Positions 7,915-17,164 of a DNA stretch of 56,655 nucleotides are shown in pieces. The DNA is taken from positions 1 through 56,655 of the IMG/VR virus record IMGVR_UViG_3300048033_000146. The stretch is one strand, 5' to 3'. Source of the stretch: a virus. Taxonomy: Duplodnaviria; Caudoviricetes. The first letter of the stretch is position 1, and every line of letters begins with the position of its first letter. Position numbers and translations under genes: made by a program. The notes beneath the pieces are model-generated. The model saw only the letters and a program-made list of their open reading frames with translations, had not been told where the DNA came from and did no database searches.

Positions 7915-8147
7915 AAACTTGTGCAACATGTAAAACACCTGCAAAATGTAAAGCAGCAGGTAAATGTCTCAAAAAAGGTTATGCAGCAGGTGGGCTAAAG
8001 ATGCCTGGTGACGCACAGAAAGGCTTGAAAAAGCTACCTACAACAGTACGTAACAAAATGGGCTATATGTCTAAGGGTGGTATGGCTAAAAGTGGCTACA
8101 AAGGTGGTGGATTTTGCACTGGGCCTGCAAAAGGCATGAAGAAGTAA
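7911..8147 (+). CDS. Small Lys/Gly-rich protein with Cys cluster and xxGG repeats
   Basis: CATC..C...C; GYAAGG, MSKGG, GYKGGG. Confidence 0.7.
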   Translation: MKTCATCKTPAKCKAAGKCLKKGYAAGGLKMPGDAQKGLKKLPTTVRNKMGYMSKGGMAKSGYKGGGFCTGPAKGMKK

Positions 8148-8389
8148 TGATAAGTTTCTATCACAAATATGAGAAGGCGTTAGAAGCGCACGGTTATACA
8201 GTAAAAGATAACGGTCATGTGTTTGACAAACGAGGTAATCGTTGTGCTTCACAAGACCGTTTCGGTAATGTATATTGTGATGACGCTAATGTAACTAGCA
8301 TTTGTCGTAAGGCTGAAGAAGAGCTTAATAAGCCCAAACCTAAGAAACGTGCCTACAAGAAAAAGGTAGATCAAAGTGTCACTATTTAA
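8147..8389 (+). CDS. Hypothetical protein
   Basis: ORF track; start trimmed to MISF (TAATG coupling). Confidence 0.65.
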   Translation: MISFYHKYEKALEAHGYTVKDNGHVFDKRGNRCASQDRFGNVYCDDANVTSICRKAEEELNKPKPKKRAYKKKVDQSVTI

Positions 8390-8792
8390 TCAGGGTAAAG
8401 CAGCACGTACTAAGTCTTTGTTTGGTCATAATACGGGCACGACTACAGAGAACGTGTATATATGCCCTGCCAACTGTATTGCAGAGATTACGTACCTTCA
8501 TCTGCATAACACTACAGGCAACACCAATGTTACTATTGAGTGGTTTATTGCTCCTGAAAATATCGACTCTGCTGTGTCAGATAAGACAAACCCTAGCTAT
8601 TCTACTTGGGCAACTAGCGGTTACACTTCACATTACCTAGAAGGTAAAAACCTTGGTGCAGGTGAGTATATCACATTTGCGGATATGGACCTTGTACTAC
8701 AGGCAGGTGATAAATTACAGATTACACCTGATACTGCAGCACACCTAGATACTATCCTTACTGTAACAGAAACGTTTATCCCTGTAGGGTAA
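8376..8792 (+). CDS. Hypothetical beta-rich protein, possibly structural
   Basis: ORF track; LVLQAGDKLQIT jelly-roll-like motif. Confidence 0.7.
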   Translation: MSLFNQGKAARTKSLFGHNTGTTTENVYICPANCIAEITYLHLHNTTGNTNVTIEWFIAPENIDSAVSDKTNPSYSTWATSGYTSHYLEGKNLGAGEYITFADMDLVLQAGDKLQITPDTAAHLDTILTVTETFIPVG

Positions 8793-8842
8793 TATCGGGT
8801 ATGCACAAATAGGTACTACTACCTTACCTACTTTAAAGTATA

Positions 8843-8873
8843 ACTATCTCCGCACACAACAAAAGGAGATAGT
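8843..8873 (+). promoter_or_regulatory. SD-sequestering hairpin overlapping a TATAAC -10 element
   Basis: ACTATCTCC (8843-8851) pairs perfectly with GGAGATAGT (8865-8873); TATAAC at 8839-8844. Confidence 0.75.
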
Positions 8874-8876
8874 GCA

Positions 8877-9035
8877 ATGAAAAGCTTTTTTCGTAAACTT
8901 TGGAAAGCAATCGAAGAGTCTCAGCAACGCCGCGCAGACTATTACTTACTACAGCAACTTACTGATCGTGAACTACGTGATCTGGGTATCGGGCGTTCAG
9001 AAATACGTTCAGCCATTTATAACCGTAACGATTAA
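8877..9035 (+). CDS. DUF1127 (YjiS-like) small protein, 52 aa (not in ORF track)
   Basis: MKSFFRKLWKAIEESQQRRADYYLLQQLTDRELRDLGIGRSEIRSAIYNRND; strong AAGGAG SD. Confidence 0.85.
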   Translation: MKSFFRKLWKAIEESQQRRADYYLLQQLTDRELRDLGIGRSEIRSAIYNRND

Positions 9036-9056
9036 TAGGGTTTTATAAAAAAGTGC

Positions 9057-9084
9057 TTGCATTTGCAATAGTTATACATAAAAC
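9057..9084 (+). promoter_or_regulatory. Promoter TTGCAT-N16-TAAAAC upstream of packaging genes
   Basis: Intergenic; matches the recurring motif; nested in inverted repeats. Confidence 0.6.
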
Positions 9085-9116
9085 TATATGCAAGCCCTAA
9101 AAACAAGGACGACTTT

Positions 9117-9485
9117 ATGGCAAGAAACCTCACAGAAAACCAAAGATTGTTTCTCGAAGTCTTGTTCGACGAAGCGGGTGGTGATGTTGTACTTGCCAAA
9201 AAGTTGGCTGGTTATAGCGACAACACACCTACACGTGTAATCGTAGAGGCATTGAAAGATGAAATCGCAGAAGCTACACGTACTTACTTTGCTCGTACTG
9301 CGCCCAAGGCTGCTATGGCTATGGTTGGTGCTTTATATGATCCTACTGAACTAGGTATCAAAGATAAGATGGCAGCAGCTAAAGACTTGCTAGACCGTGC
9401 AGGACTAGGTAAGACAGAAAAGGTAGATGTCACATCAAGCGGTGGCGTATTCTACCTACCTCCAAAAGAGGGGACAAATGAGTAG
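9117..9485 (+). CDS. terS: Terminase small subunit (putative)
   Basis: LTENQRLF...AKKLAGYS HTH, AAKDLLDRAG; position before terL. Confidence 0.7.
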   Translation: MARNLTENQRLFLEVLFDEAGGDVVLAKKLAGYSDNTPTRVIVEALKDEIAEATRTYFARTAPKAAMAMVGALYDPTELGIKDKMAAAKDLLDRAGLGKTEKVDVTSSGGVFYLPPKEGTNE

Positions 9486-9897
9486 ACCTTTCCATATTGG
9501 GAGGGATTTAGGTTTTTGGGAACTACCAAAACCACATAAAGGCAAAGAACGAGAGTGGCACGTAATAGCTAGAGTAAGCCAGAACGTGCCGTTTGGCTAT
9601 AGGATACACCCTGAAGACGAATACCTCTTGGAACCTATACCTGAAGAGCTAGAAGCATTAGAGCTTGCAAAGAAGCACCTAAAGCAGTATAGTTTAAGAG
9701 AAGTAGCGAATTGGCTAACAGCCCAGACAGGTCGCAGCATCTCACATGCAGGTTTAAAGCAGAGGATCGAAATTGAGCGAAGACGTAAAAAAACTGCTAC
9801 AATTAAACGGAACCTCGCCAAAAGGCTCCAAAAGGCGTTATCCAAAATCGAAGAACTTGAAAAAAACAGGGTCGGGGCGTACTCCGAAAGCGAGTAA
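9478..9897 (+). CDS. Stand-alone serine-recombinase-type DNA-binding domain protein
   Basis: VPFGY...EPIPEE...SLREVANWL; no catalytic Ser domain. Confidence 0.6.
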   Translation: MSRPFHIGRDLGFWELPKPHKGKEREWHVIARVSQNVPFGYRIHPEDEYLLEPIPEELEALELAKKHLKQYSLREVANWLTAQTGRSISHAGLKQRIEIERRRKKTATIKRNLAKRLQKALSKIEELEKNRVGAYSESE

Positions 9898-11368
9898 GGA
9901 AACAGTCACACCCCCAGTAGAGACTATTCCTGCACAGGTCGCCCCCGCAGAGTTCGATGTCGAGTCTGCACAGGATGTAGTGTTCAAGCCAAACCCCGGC
10001 CCTCAAACAGACTTCTTATCTGCATCAGAAAGAGAAGTACTATATGGTGGGGCAGCAGGTGGCGGTAAGTCATACGCTATGTTGGCTGACCCTCTACATG
10101 GGCTGAATGACCCTAACTTTTCTGGTCTACTTGTACGTCACACTACTGAAGAGTTACGTGAACTTATTCAGAAAAGCCAAGAGTTATATCCACAGGCTAT
10201 ACCGGGGATAAAGTGGTCAGAGCGTAAAAGCCAATGGGTTAGTCCAAAAGGCGGTAGGCTTTGGATGTCGTATCTTGATAAAGACATGGACGTTAATCGT
10301 TACCAAGGTCAGGCTTTTAACTGGATTGGTTTTGACGAGCTTACACAGTGGCCTACTCCTTATGCTTGGGATTATATGCGTTCTCGACTACGTTCTGCTC
10401 ATAGTAACAAACTAGGCTTGTACATGAGAGCAACAACTAACCCCGGTGGTGCAGGTCATGCATGGGTTAAGAAGATGTTTATTGACCCTGCACCATCAAA
10501 CAAAGCATTCTGGGCGACTAATCTTGAGACTGGCGACACTATTACTTATCCAAAGGGCCACAGCAAAGAGGGTCAACCTCTTTTCAAACGGCGATTTATC
10601 CCCGCTAGTCTCTTTGATAACCCTTATTTGAGTGACACAGGCGACTATGAAGCTATGCTTCTATCGCTACCAGAACATCAGAGAAAACAACTATTAGAGG
10701 GTAACTGGGACATAAATGAAGGAGCAGCTTTTCCTGAATTTGACAGATCCGTACATGTCGTTGACTCTTTTGAAGTTCCACAAAACTGGACTAAGTTTAG
10801 AGCTTGCGACTACGGCTACGGCTCTTACACAGGCGTTCTCTGGTTCGCTGTTGCACCTGACGAACAGCTTATCGTCTACAGAGAGTTATATTGTTCTAAA
10901 GTTACAGCTTCTGATCTAGCGGATATGATATTAGACGCAGAGAAACAAGACGGTGGAATGAGATACGGTGTGCTGGATAGCTCTTTATGGCACAACCGTG
11001 GCGACACTGGGCCATCACTAGCAGAGCAAATGAACATGAAGGGTTGCCGTTGGCGTCCATCTGATCGCTCTAAAGGCTCACGTGTCGCGGGAAAAAACGA
11101 AATACATAGACGGTTACAAGTAGACGAATTTACTGAAAAGCCACGTCTTGTATTTATGTCACACTTAACTAATACTCTGTCTCAAATACCTATTATACCT
11201 CTGGATAAGAAAAACCCAGAAGATGTAGATACAAACTCAGAGGACCACTTGTACGATGCTTTACGATATGGCATTATGACAAGACCACGTAGTCACAGCA
11301 TTTGGGATTACTCACCAGCAACACAACGGACTGGCTTCCAAGCTAGTGACACAACATTCGGGTACTAA
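9773..11368 (+). CDS. terL: Terminase large subunit
   Basis: Walker A GGAAGGGKS, Walker B WIGFDE, TTNPGG, ACDYGY, DHLYDALRY; TTG start uncertain. Confidence 0.95.
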   Translation: MSEDVKKLLQLNGTSPKGSKRRYPKSKNLKKTGSGRTPKASKETVTPPVETIPAQVAPAEFDVESAQDVVFKPNPGPQTDFLSASEREVLYGGAAGGGKSYAMLADPLHGLNDPNFSGLLVRHTTEELRELIQKSQELYPQAIPGIKWSERKSQWVSPKGGRLWMSYLDKDMDVNRYQGQAFNWIGFDELTQWPTPYAWDYMRSRLRSAHSNKLGLYMRATTNPGGAGHAWVKKMFIDPAPSNKAFWATNLETGDTITYPKGHSKEGQPLFKRRFIPASLFDNPYLSDTGDYEAMLLSLPEHQRKQLLEGNWDINEGAAFPEFDRSVHVVDSFEVPQNWTKFRACDYGYGSYTGVLWFAVAPDEQLIVYRELYCSKVTASDLADMILDAEKQDGGMRYGVLDSSLWHNRGDTGPSLAEQMNMKGCRWRPSDRSKGSRVAGKNEIHRRLQVDEFTEKPRLVFMSHLTNTLSQIPIIPLDKKNPEDVDTNSEDHLYDALRYGIMTRPRSHSIWDYSPATQRTGFQASDTTFGY

Positions 11369-11370
11369 AT

Positions 11371-13485
11371 ATGGCAGAAAACGACGAATTAAACTTTGAT
11401 ACAGATGAAGTAGTTGCAGCAGAAGACACTGATGATAGCATTTTTGCTTCTAAGTCTAGCTTACTGACATTTGTTGGTGAACGCTTCAGACGTTCTGAGG
11501 ACGCAAGACGTTCAGACGAAGATCGTTGGTTACGTGCCTACCGCAACTATCGTGGCTTGTATGGCTCTGACGTACAGTTTACTGACAGCGAAAAGTCACG
11601 TGTATTTGTTAAGGTTACTAAGACTAAAACACTAGCAGCATACGGTCAGATCGTAGATGTACTATTTGGTAACAATAAGTTCCCTCTATCTGTAAACCCA
11701 TCAGTTTTGCCAGATGGTGTAGCAGAGTCAGTACACATCAACATTGACCCTAATGCTTCACAAGCTGGTGACGCACTAAAAGCTGTAACACGCAATCAAC
11801 CATCACGCCCTTACTTAATCGACGGTACAACAGAGTTGCAGCCGGGGGAAACCATGAACGACTTACGTAAGCGTTTAGGTCCACTAGCAGAAAAGATGGA
11901 TGCTGTATCTGAGAAGATTGTTGAGGGTGATGGCACTACTCAAACTACAGTAACATTCCATCCAGCTATGGTAGCTGCTAAAAAGATGGAAAAGAAAATT
12001 CACGATCAGCTACAAGAAAGTGGTGCATCTGTACACCTACGTTCTATGGCTTTCGAGATGGCTCTACTTGGCACAGGTGTCATGAAAGGTCCATTCGCTA
12101 CAGATAAGGAATACCCTAACTGGAATGAAGATGGTGAGTATGAGCCACTAATTAAGACAGTACCTGAGTGTAATCACGTATCTGTATGGAACTTTTATCC
12201 AGATCCAGAAGCTTCCTGTATGGAAGACGCAGAGTACGTAGTTGAGCGTCACAAGATGTCACGTACAGAACTACGTGCACTAAAGAACCGTCCATACTTT
12301 ATGGATGATGCTATTCAATATGCCATAGATAAAGGCCCAGACTACGTACAGAAACACTGGGAAATGACTATGGATGATGATCAGGCTACACCTACATCTG
12401 AACGTTGGGAAGTCCTAGAATTCTGGGGTTTTGTAGATACAGACATGCTTGAGGAACACGGTGTTAAGATTCCAAAAGAGCTAAAAAACCTAGACGAAGT
12501 AAACGCTAACGTATGGGTATGTAATGGTGAAGTACTACGTATGGTACTAAACCCATTTAAGCCTACACGTATTCCTTACTATGCTACCCCATATGAGCAT
12601 AACCCATACAGCTTCTTTGGTGTAGGTATTGCAGAGAACATGGATGATACGCAGACATTGATGAATGGCTTTATGCGTATGGCTATTGACAACGCTGCAC
12701 TGTCTGGTAACTTAATCATCGAAGTAGACGAAACTAACTTAGTACCAGGACAGGACTTATCTGTTTATCCCGGCAAAATCTTTCGTCGCCAAGGCGGTGC
12801 GCCGGGTCAAGCGATCTTCGGCACCAAGTTTCCGAATGTTGCACAAGAGAACATGCAACTCTTTGATAAGGCACGTGTATTAGCAGATGAAAGCACAGGA
12901 TTCCCTAGTTTTGCGCATGGTCAAACTGGTGTTAGTGGAGTTGGGCGTACTGCTAGTGGGATTAGTATGCTTATGTCTGCTGCTAATGGCTCTATACGGA
13001 CTGTTGTTAAAAATGTTGATGACTATCTTATCCGTCCATTAGGTCGCTCATTCTTTGCATTTAACATGCAGTTTGACTTCGATCCAGACATTCGTGGTGA
13101 CCTAGAAGTACACGCATCTGGTACAGAAAGCTTGATGGCTAACGAAGTACGTTCACAGCGTCTAATGCAATTCTTACAAGTAGCACAGAATCCAGTACTT
13201 GCACCATTCGCAAAAATGGATTATATTATACGTGAGATTGCAAAGTCTATGGATTTGGACCCAGACAAGGTTACCAACTCTATGCAAGACGCAGCTATCC
13301 AAGCCGAAATCCTAAAAGGGTTCCAAGCACCACAACCTGCACCAGCAGGACCAGAGGGTGTACCAGCCCCAGAAGGACAAGGACCACAAGCAGTAGCAGA
13401 TACATCTGGCGGTGGTGGCTCACAAGTAGGAGTGGGTACAGCACCTACACCAGGTGAGCAAGGATTCACAGGTAATGTCGCTTAA
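11371..13485 (+). CDS. Portal protein
   Basis: 704 aa after terL; WNFYPDP, GVG..ENMDDTQ, GRTASGISML. Confidence 0.9.
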   Translation: MAENDELNFDTDEVVAAEDTDDSIFASKSSLLTFVGERFRRSEDARRSDEDRWLRAYRNYRGLYGSDVQFTDSEKSRVFVKVTKTKTLAAYGQIVDVLFGNNKFPLSVNPSVLPDGVAESVHINIDPNASQAGDALKAVTRNQPSRPYLIDGTTELQPGETMNDLRKRLGPLAEKMDAVSEKIVEGDGTTQTTVTFHPAMVAAKKMEKKIHDQLQESGASVHLRSMAFEMALLGTGVMKGPFATDKEYPNWNEDGEYEPLIKTVPECNHVSVWNFYPDPEASCMEDAEYVVERHKMSRTELRALKNRPYFMDDAIQYAIDKGPDYVQKHWEMTMDDDQATPTSERWEVLEFWGFVDTDMLEEHGVKIPKELKNLDEVNANVWVCNGEVLRMVLNPFKPTRIPYYATPYEHNPYSFFGVGIAENMDDTQTLMNGFMRMAIDNAALSGNLIIEVDETNLVPGQDLSVYPGKIFRRQGGAPGQAIFGTKFPNVAQENMQLFDKARVLADESTGFPSFAHGQTGVSGVGRTASGISMLMSAANGSIRTVVKNVDDYLIRPLGRSFFAFNMQFDFDPDIRGDLEVHASGTESLMANEVRSQRLMQFLQVAQNPVLAPFAKMDYIIREIAKSMDLDPDKVTNSMQDAAIQAEILKGFQAPQPAPAGPEGVPAPEGQGPQAVADTSGGGGSQVGVGTAPTPGEQGFTGNVA

Positions 13486-13666
13486 AAAACTAGTAAACGA
13501 TAAAGAACTATACGAAGAGTTTCTTAAACACGTAGATGACTTAATCTACCTACAACACAAGCAGATGGAACAGGCTACAGAGCCAGTCATCTTCTACAGA
13601 GCGCAAGGTTCTATCACTACTCTGCGTAAACTAAAGTTACTGAGGGAACAGGTAAATAATGGCTGA
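13475..13666 (+). CDS. Small conserved protein after portal
   Basis: IFYRAQG..LRKL motif; start trimmed to MSLK. Confidence 0.7.
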   Translation: MSLKKLVNDKELYEEFLKHVDDLIYLQHKQMEQATEPVIFYRAQGSITTLRKLKLLREQVNNG

Positions 13667-16055
13667 CTATCGTAAGAGTCTAATGGATATGACACCTGAA
13701 GAAAGGGCAGAGGTTGCCCCGGGTGCTGTTATCTCAGATGATGTTGAAAAACCTCTGAGTGTCAAGGGTGCAGAATTTGGTCTATCTATGACACCAGTAG
13801 GTACAGCTATGGAGGTTGCAGAAGAGCTTTCTTCAGCTAGCCCAAGCTGGTTAAACATCGGTCTAGCTGTTGCGCCTGACTTATTAGGCCTTGGCCCTGT
13901 GGCTGACCCTCTTATGAAAGCTATAAAAGGCACAAAGTTTAAAACAGCTAAAGGATCTACATACGAAGTAACAGACAGTAATACTACTGTACGAAATAAA
14001 GCTGCAAGACCAGAACACCCCGGTGAATCAGGGGTTCAGCCCCAGTCTAAAAAGACTATTTATATGCCAAGAGAAGAACTAGAGAAGTTTGCTGGCATTC
14101 ACCAAAACCCTGATATCGGTACAGAGTTTATCCCAACAGGTGAGAACACTGCAGCGTTACGTTACACAGAAGACTACGGACCTCGCAAAGCAGGTGATAT
14201 CGTACCGGGTACTGAAATAACTTTTACCCTTGATCCTGAAGTAGGTCTAAACCCTGTAGAGATTCTTGACTTTAGAAACCCTAGAGGTATTCACTTTGGT
14301 AATGAAATTATCGAAGTAGAAAGTAACATTCCTAAAGTATCACGTAGTAAAGATGCTACTGATCCAGATGACCCTATGTTTGAATTTACAAGTAAAACGA
14401 CAGGGGTAACAAAAACTTTTAATGAGGGCGGTATGGCTATGGATAAACAAATGGACGCAGTATTCAAGTCTAGCCGTACTGGTTACGCTGAAGGTGGTGA
14501 AGTAGGCGAAGCACCAGACACAACCATCGGCTTAGACCCTGTGTCAGGTAATGAGGTGCCTATGGGTGCCACACCAGAAGAGGTACGTGACGATATCCCA
14601 GCGCAGTTGAGCGAAGGTGAATATGTTATTCCTGCAGATGTTGTACGTTTCTATGGTGTAAAATTCTTTGAGGGCTTACGTACTGAAGCCAAGCAAGGTT
14701 ACGCAGAGATGGATCAGAATGGTCGTATCGGCGGTGAACCAGTAGGCCAAGAAGATAGCGGTATGGAAATGGTAGAACCAGAGGATGACCTGCCGTTTGA
14801 CATTTCAGAGCTACAGATTATTGACGATGAAACAGGTATGTATGAAGGTGGCCTAGCAGGTTATGCAGAAGGTGGTTTACCAGCAGCACCAGCCACAACA
14901 CAAGTGCCTATGAATCCATTCAGCCCTACAGGTACTACTGCTGGTTTTGAAATAAAAGAATATGTGAATGATGCTGGTGAGGTTATGTACATTCAGTTTA
15001 TGAATGGTCAACCTATGACGTTTATTCCACAAGGGTTTAAACCTAAAGGCACAGCAGCAGAGCAAGCAGCAGAGCAAGCAGCTACAGGTGAAGGTGTAGC
15101 AGCAGAAGCAGCACCAACAGTATCTGTCAGTGGTAATGACTACGACTATGATACAGAGATGGGTAGAGTAGGCACAGAATTTACTGAAGGTGCAACAGCT
15201 AAAGACTGGACTAAAGCATCAGTGGATGACTTTTCTAGTGCTACAAAAGGTTTAGGCTCTGGTCTTGGAACTATGGCAGGTGCGTTAGTTGGTGGTCCTA
15301 TAGGCGCGGTTATTGGTATTGGCTCACAGGATGCTGCTAGAAAAAAAGCATATGATATGCTAGACGGTATTGCTTATCAGCTAGAAAGCGATAATCTAAC
15401 AGAGGGGCAAAAGTCAGACTTAATAACACAGAAACAACAAATACAGAAGTACCTTGAACCATCAAGTAGCGAAGGTAAATTTGGCTCTGGTATTGTAAAA
15501 GGTAGTGGTATCTTTGGTGGTGCAACTACTTTGTATGAAAACCTTGGAGATTACGGCGGTACTGTTGTAGATGGTGAAGTAGTGGGTGATGGAAAGCGTA
15601 CCTTTGCTGATACATGGCTAGGTGATTTACTTGGTGCAGATGGTAAAGCAGGTGTGCAAGGTCCGGGTCTTTCCGAATCACTTTCTGGTGCAAGACGCAC
15701 CGCTGTTAATGCGGATGGCACAGACGGTTGGGAAGACATGGGCGATGCTGAAAGAGCAGCAGCACGTATGGAGGCACGTGAAGCTACACCATATGAAAAA
15801 GCTTTGACAGAAGCCCAGAAACAAAAAGCTGAAGGTAATACAGAAGCTGCTAATAAAGAGTATGATAAAGCAATATCCACAGCTACAAACTCTTGGGTCG
15901 CAGCTACAAATGCGGTTAACGCATCGGGTAACGATCCTATAGCACGACATAACGCAATTATGGCGCAATCAGCAGCAAGTAGAGCAGCTACAAAAGCCAT
16001 CCAAGAAAAGAACAACCGTACAGGTTTCTTTGGTTTAAAAACTAAAGACGATTAA
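13659..16055 (+). CDS. Large putative internal virion protein with N-terminal globular cargo domain
   Basis: DDIPAQLSEGEYVIPADVV motif, repeated YAEGG, glycine-zipper segment. Confidence 0.7.
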   Translation: MADYRKSLMDMTPEERAEVAPGAVISDDVEKPLSVKGAEFGLSMTPVGTAMEVAEELSSASPSWLNIGLAVAPDLLGLGPVADPLMKAIKGTKFKTAKGSTYEVTDSNTTVRNKAARPEHPGESGVQPQSKKTIYMPREELEKFAGIHQNPDIGTEFIPTGENTAALRYTEDYGPRKAGDIVPGTEITFTLDPEVGLNPVEILDFRNPRGIHFGNEIIEVESNIPKVSRSKDATDPDDPMFEFTSKTTGVTKTFNEGGMAMDKQMDAVFKSSRTGYAEGGEVGEAPDTTIGLDPVSGNEVPMGATPEEVRDDIPAQLSEGEYVIPADVVRFYGVKFFEGLRTEAKQGYAEMDQNGRIGGEPVGQEDSGMEMVEPEDDLPFDISELQIIDDETGMYEGGLAGYAEGGLPAAPATTQVPMNPFSPTGTTAGFEIKEYVNDAGEVMYIQFMNGQPMTFIPQGFKPKGTAAEQAAEQAATGEGVAAEAAPTVSVSGNDYDYDTEMGRVGTEFTEGATAKDWTKASVDDFSSATKGLGSGLGTMAGALVGGPIGAVIGIGSQDAARKKAYDMLDGIAYQLESDNLTEGQKSDLITQKQQIQKYLEPSSSEGKFGSGIVKGSGIFGGATTLYENLGDYGGTVVDGEVVGDGKRTFADTWLGDLLGADGKAGVQGPGLSESLSGARRTAVNADGTDGWEDMGDAERAAARMEAREATPYEKALTEAQKQKAEGNTEAANKEYDKAISTATNSWVAATNAVNASGNDPIARHNAIMAQSAASRAATKAIQEKNNRTGFFGLKTKDD

Positions 16056-16087
16056 TAGTGATTGGTCCCGATCCTATAATAATATAA

Positions 16088-16114
16088 GGCTACCCGGTCA
16101 ATCTTGACTGGCCC
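16088..16114 (+). promoter_or_regulatory. Leader hairpin next to the scaffold SD
   Basis: CCGGTCA/TGACTGG stem flanked by GCTAC and CC. Confidence 0.55.
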
Positions 16115-16133
16115 CACATAAAGGAGTATAAAA

Positions 16134-17093
16134 ATGTCGGAAGCCCAACCAGTTGATATCAAAACAGAGGTTATCAACGCAGCACCTCATATGCGTAACC
16201 AAGCACGTATTGACGCAGATGAAGCAGAACTAGAAGCACTCAAAAAGCGTATGCGTGGCGAAGTCGATGAAACAGAAGAAGAAACCGACGATAGTGAACC
16301 CGATAGCCAAAGAGCTACGGACACCCAAGTACAGAATGAGAGTGTACCAAAACAAGAAGCTAAAGCAGAACCTGAGAGTGAAGCACAAGAAGAAGATTCT
16401 GGACTAACAGCAGAAGAGAAAACTTTCAAGCAGCGTTATGGTGATCTACGTCGCCACATGCAAGAGAAAGAAAAAGAGACTACAGCTAATCTTGAGAAGC
16501 TACAGCAGCAGCTAGAAGCCGCTACAAAGAATGAGCTTGTACTACCAAAGTCTGAAGAAGAGATTGATGCGTGGGCAAAGCAGTATCCTGATGTAGCAGG
16601 TATCATCGAAGCTATTGCTGATAAAAAAGCTACAGAACGTGCGTCTGAGCTAGATGGTCGCCTGAAACAGATTGAAGAGATGCGATCTATTGCACGTAAG
16701 GAAAAAGCTGAAGCAGAATTGTCTAGCTTACACCCTGACTTCGCAGAGCTTCGTGCAGATGATGCATTTCATGAGTGGGCTAAAGAACAGCCTAAAGTCG
16801 TACAAGACGCATTATATGATAATGTAGATGATGTTAAATCTGTAGCACGTGTACTAGACCTTTACAAATCAGATAAAGGAATTAAGACAAAGCGTGTAGC
16901 TACAGAGGACAAGAGCGCAGCTTCGTCTGTAAAAGCACGTAAAGCTGCACCTATTGATCCAGACGACTCTTCACGTTACTTGCGTGAATCACAAGTAGCT
17001 AAGATGTCTATTAAAGAATATGAGAAACGTGCTGAAGATATTATGGAAGCACAACGCTCAGGCAAGTTTATTTATGATGTGTCAAAAAGATAG
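16134..17093 (+). CDS. Capsid scaffolding protein
   Basis: Acidic, coiled-coil, FKQRYGDLRRH, HPDF; directly before the capsid gene. Confidence 0.8.
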   Translation: MSEAQPVDIKTEVINAAPHMRNQARIDADEAELEALKKRMRGEVDETEEETDDSEPDSQRATDTQVQNESVPKQEAKAEPESEAQEEDSGLTAEEKTFKQRYGDLRRHMQEKEKETTANLEKLQQQLEAATKNELVLPKSEEEIDAWAKQYPDVAGIIEAIADKKATERASELDGRLKQIEEMRSIARKEKAEAELSSLHPDFAELRADDAFHEWAKEQPKVVQDALYDNVDDVKSVARVLDLYKSDKGIKTKRVATEDKSAASSVKARKAAPIDPDDSSRYLRESQVAKMSIKEYEKRAEDIMEAQRSGKFIYDVSKR

Positions 17094-17121
17094 TTGACAA
17101 ACTTTATATCATAAGTAAAAC
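17094..17121 (+). promoter_or_regulatory. Capsid promoter TTGACA-N16-TAAAAC
   Basis: Direct motif right after the scaffold stop. Confidence 0.75.
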
Positions 17122-17124
17122 TAT

Positions 17125-17158
17125 AGCATATACACAACATAAAAGTGTGTATGCTTTT
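17125..17158 (+). terminator. Terminator-like hairpin overlapping the predicted capsid transcription start
   Basis: AGCATATACAC/GTGTGTATGCT 11-bp stem then TTT. Confidence 0.5.
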
Positions 17159-17164
17159 CACTAA

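Noticed and set aside
9859-9890. -1 frameshift (A AAA AAC plus hairpin) fusing the 9478 ORF to terL
   Set aside because: terL is in the +1 frame; the -1 frame stops within about 20 codons
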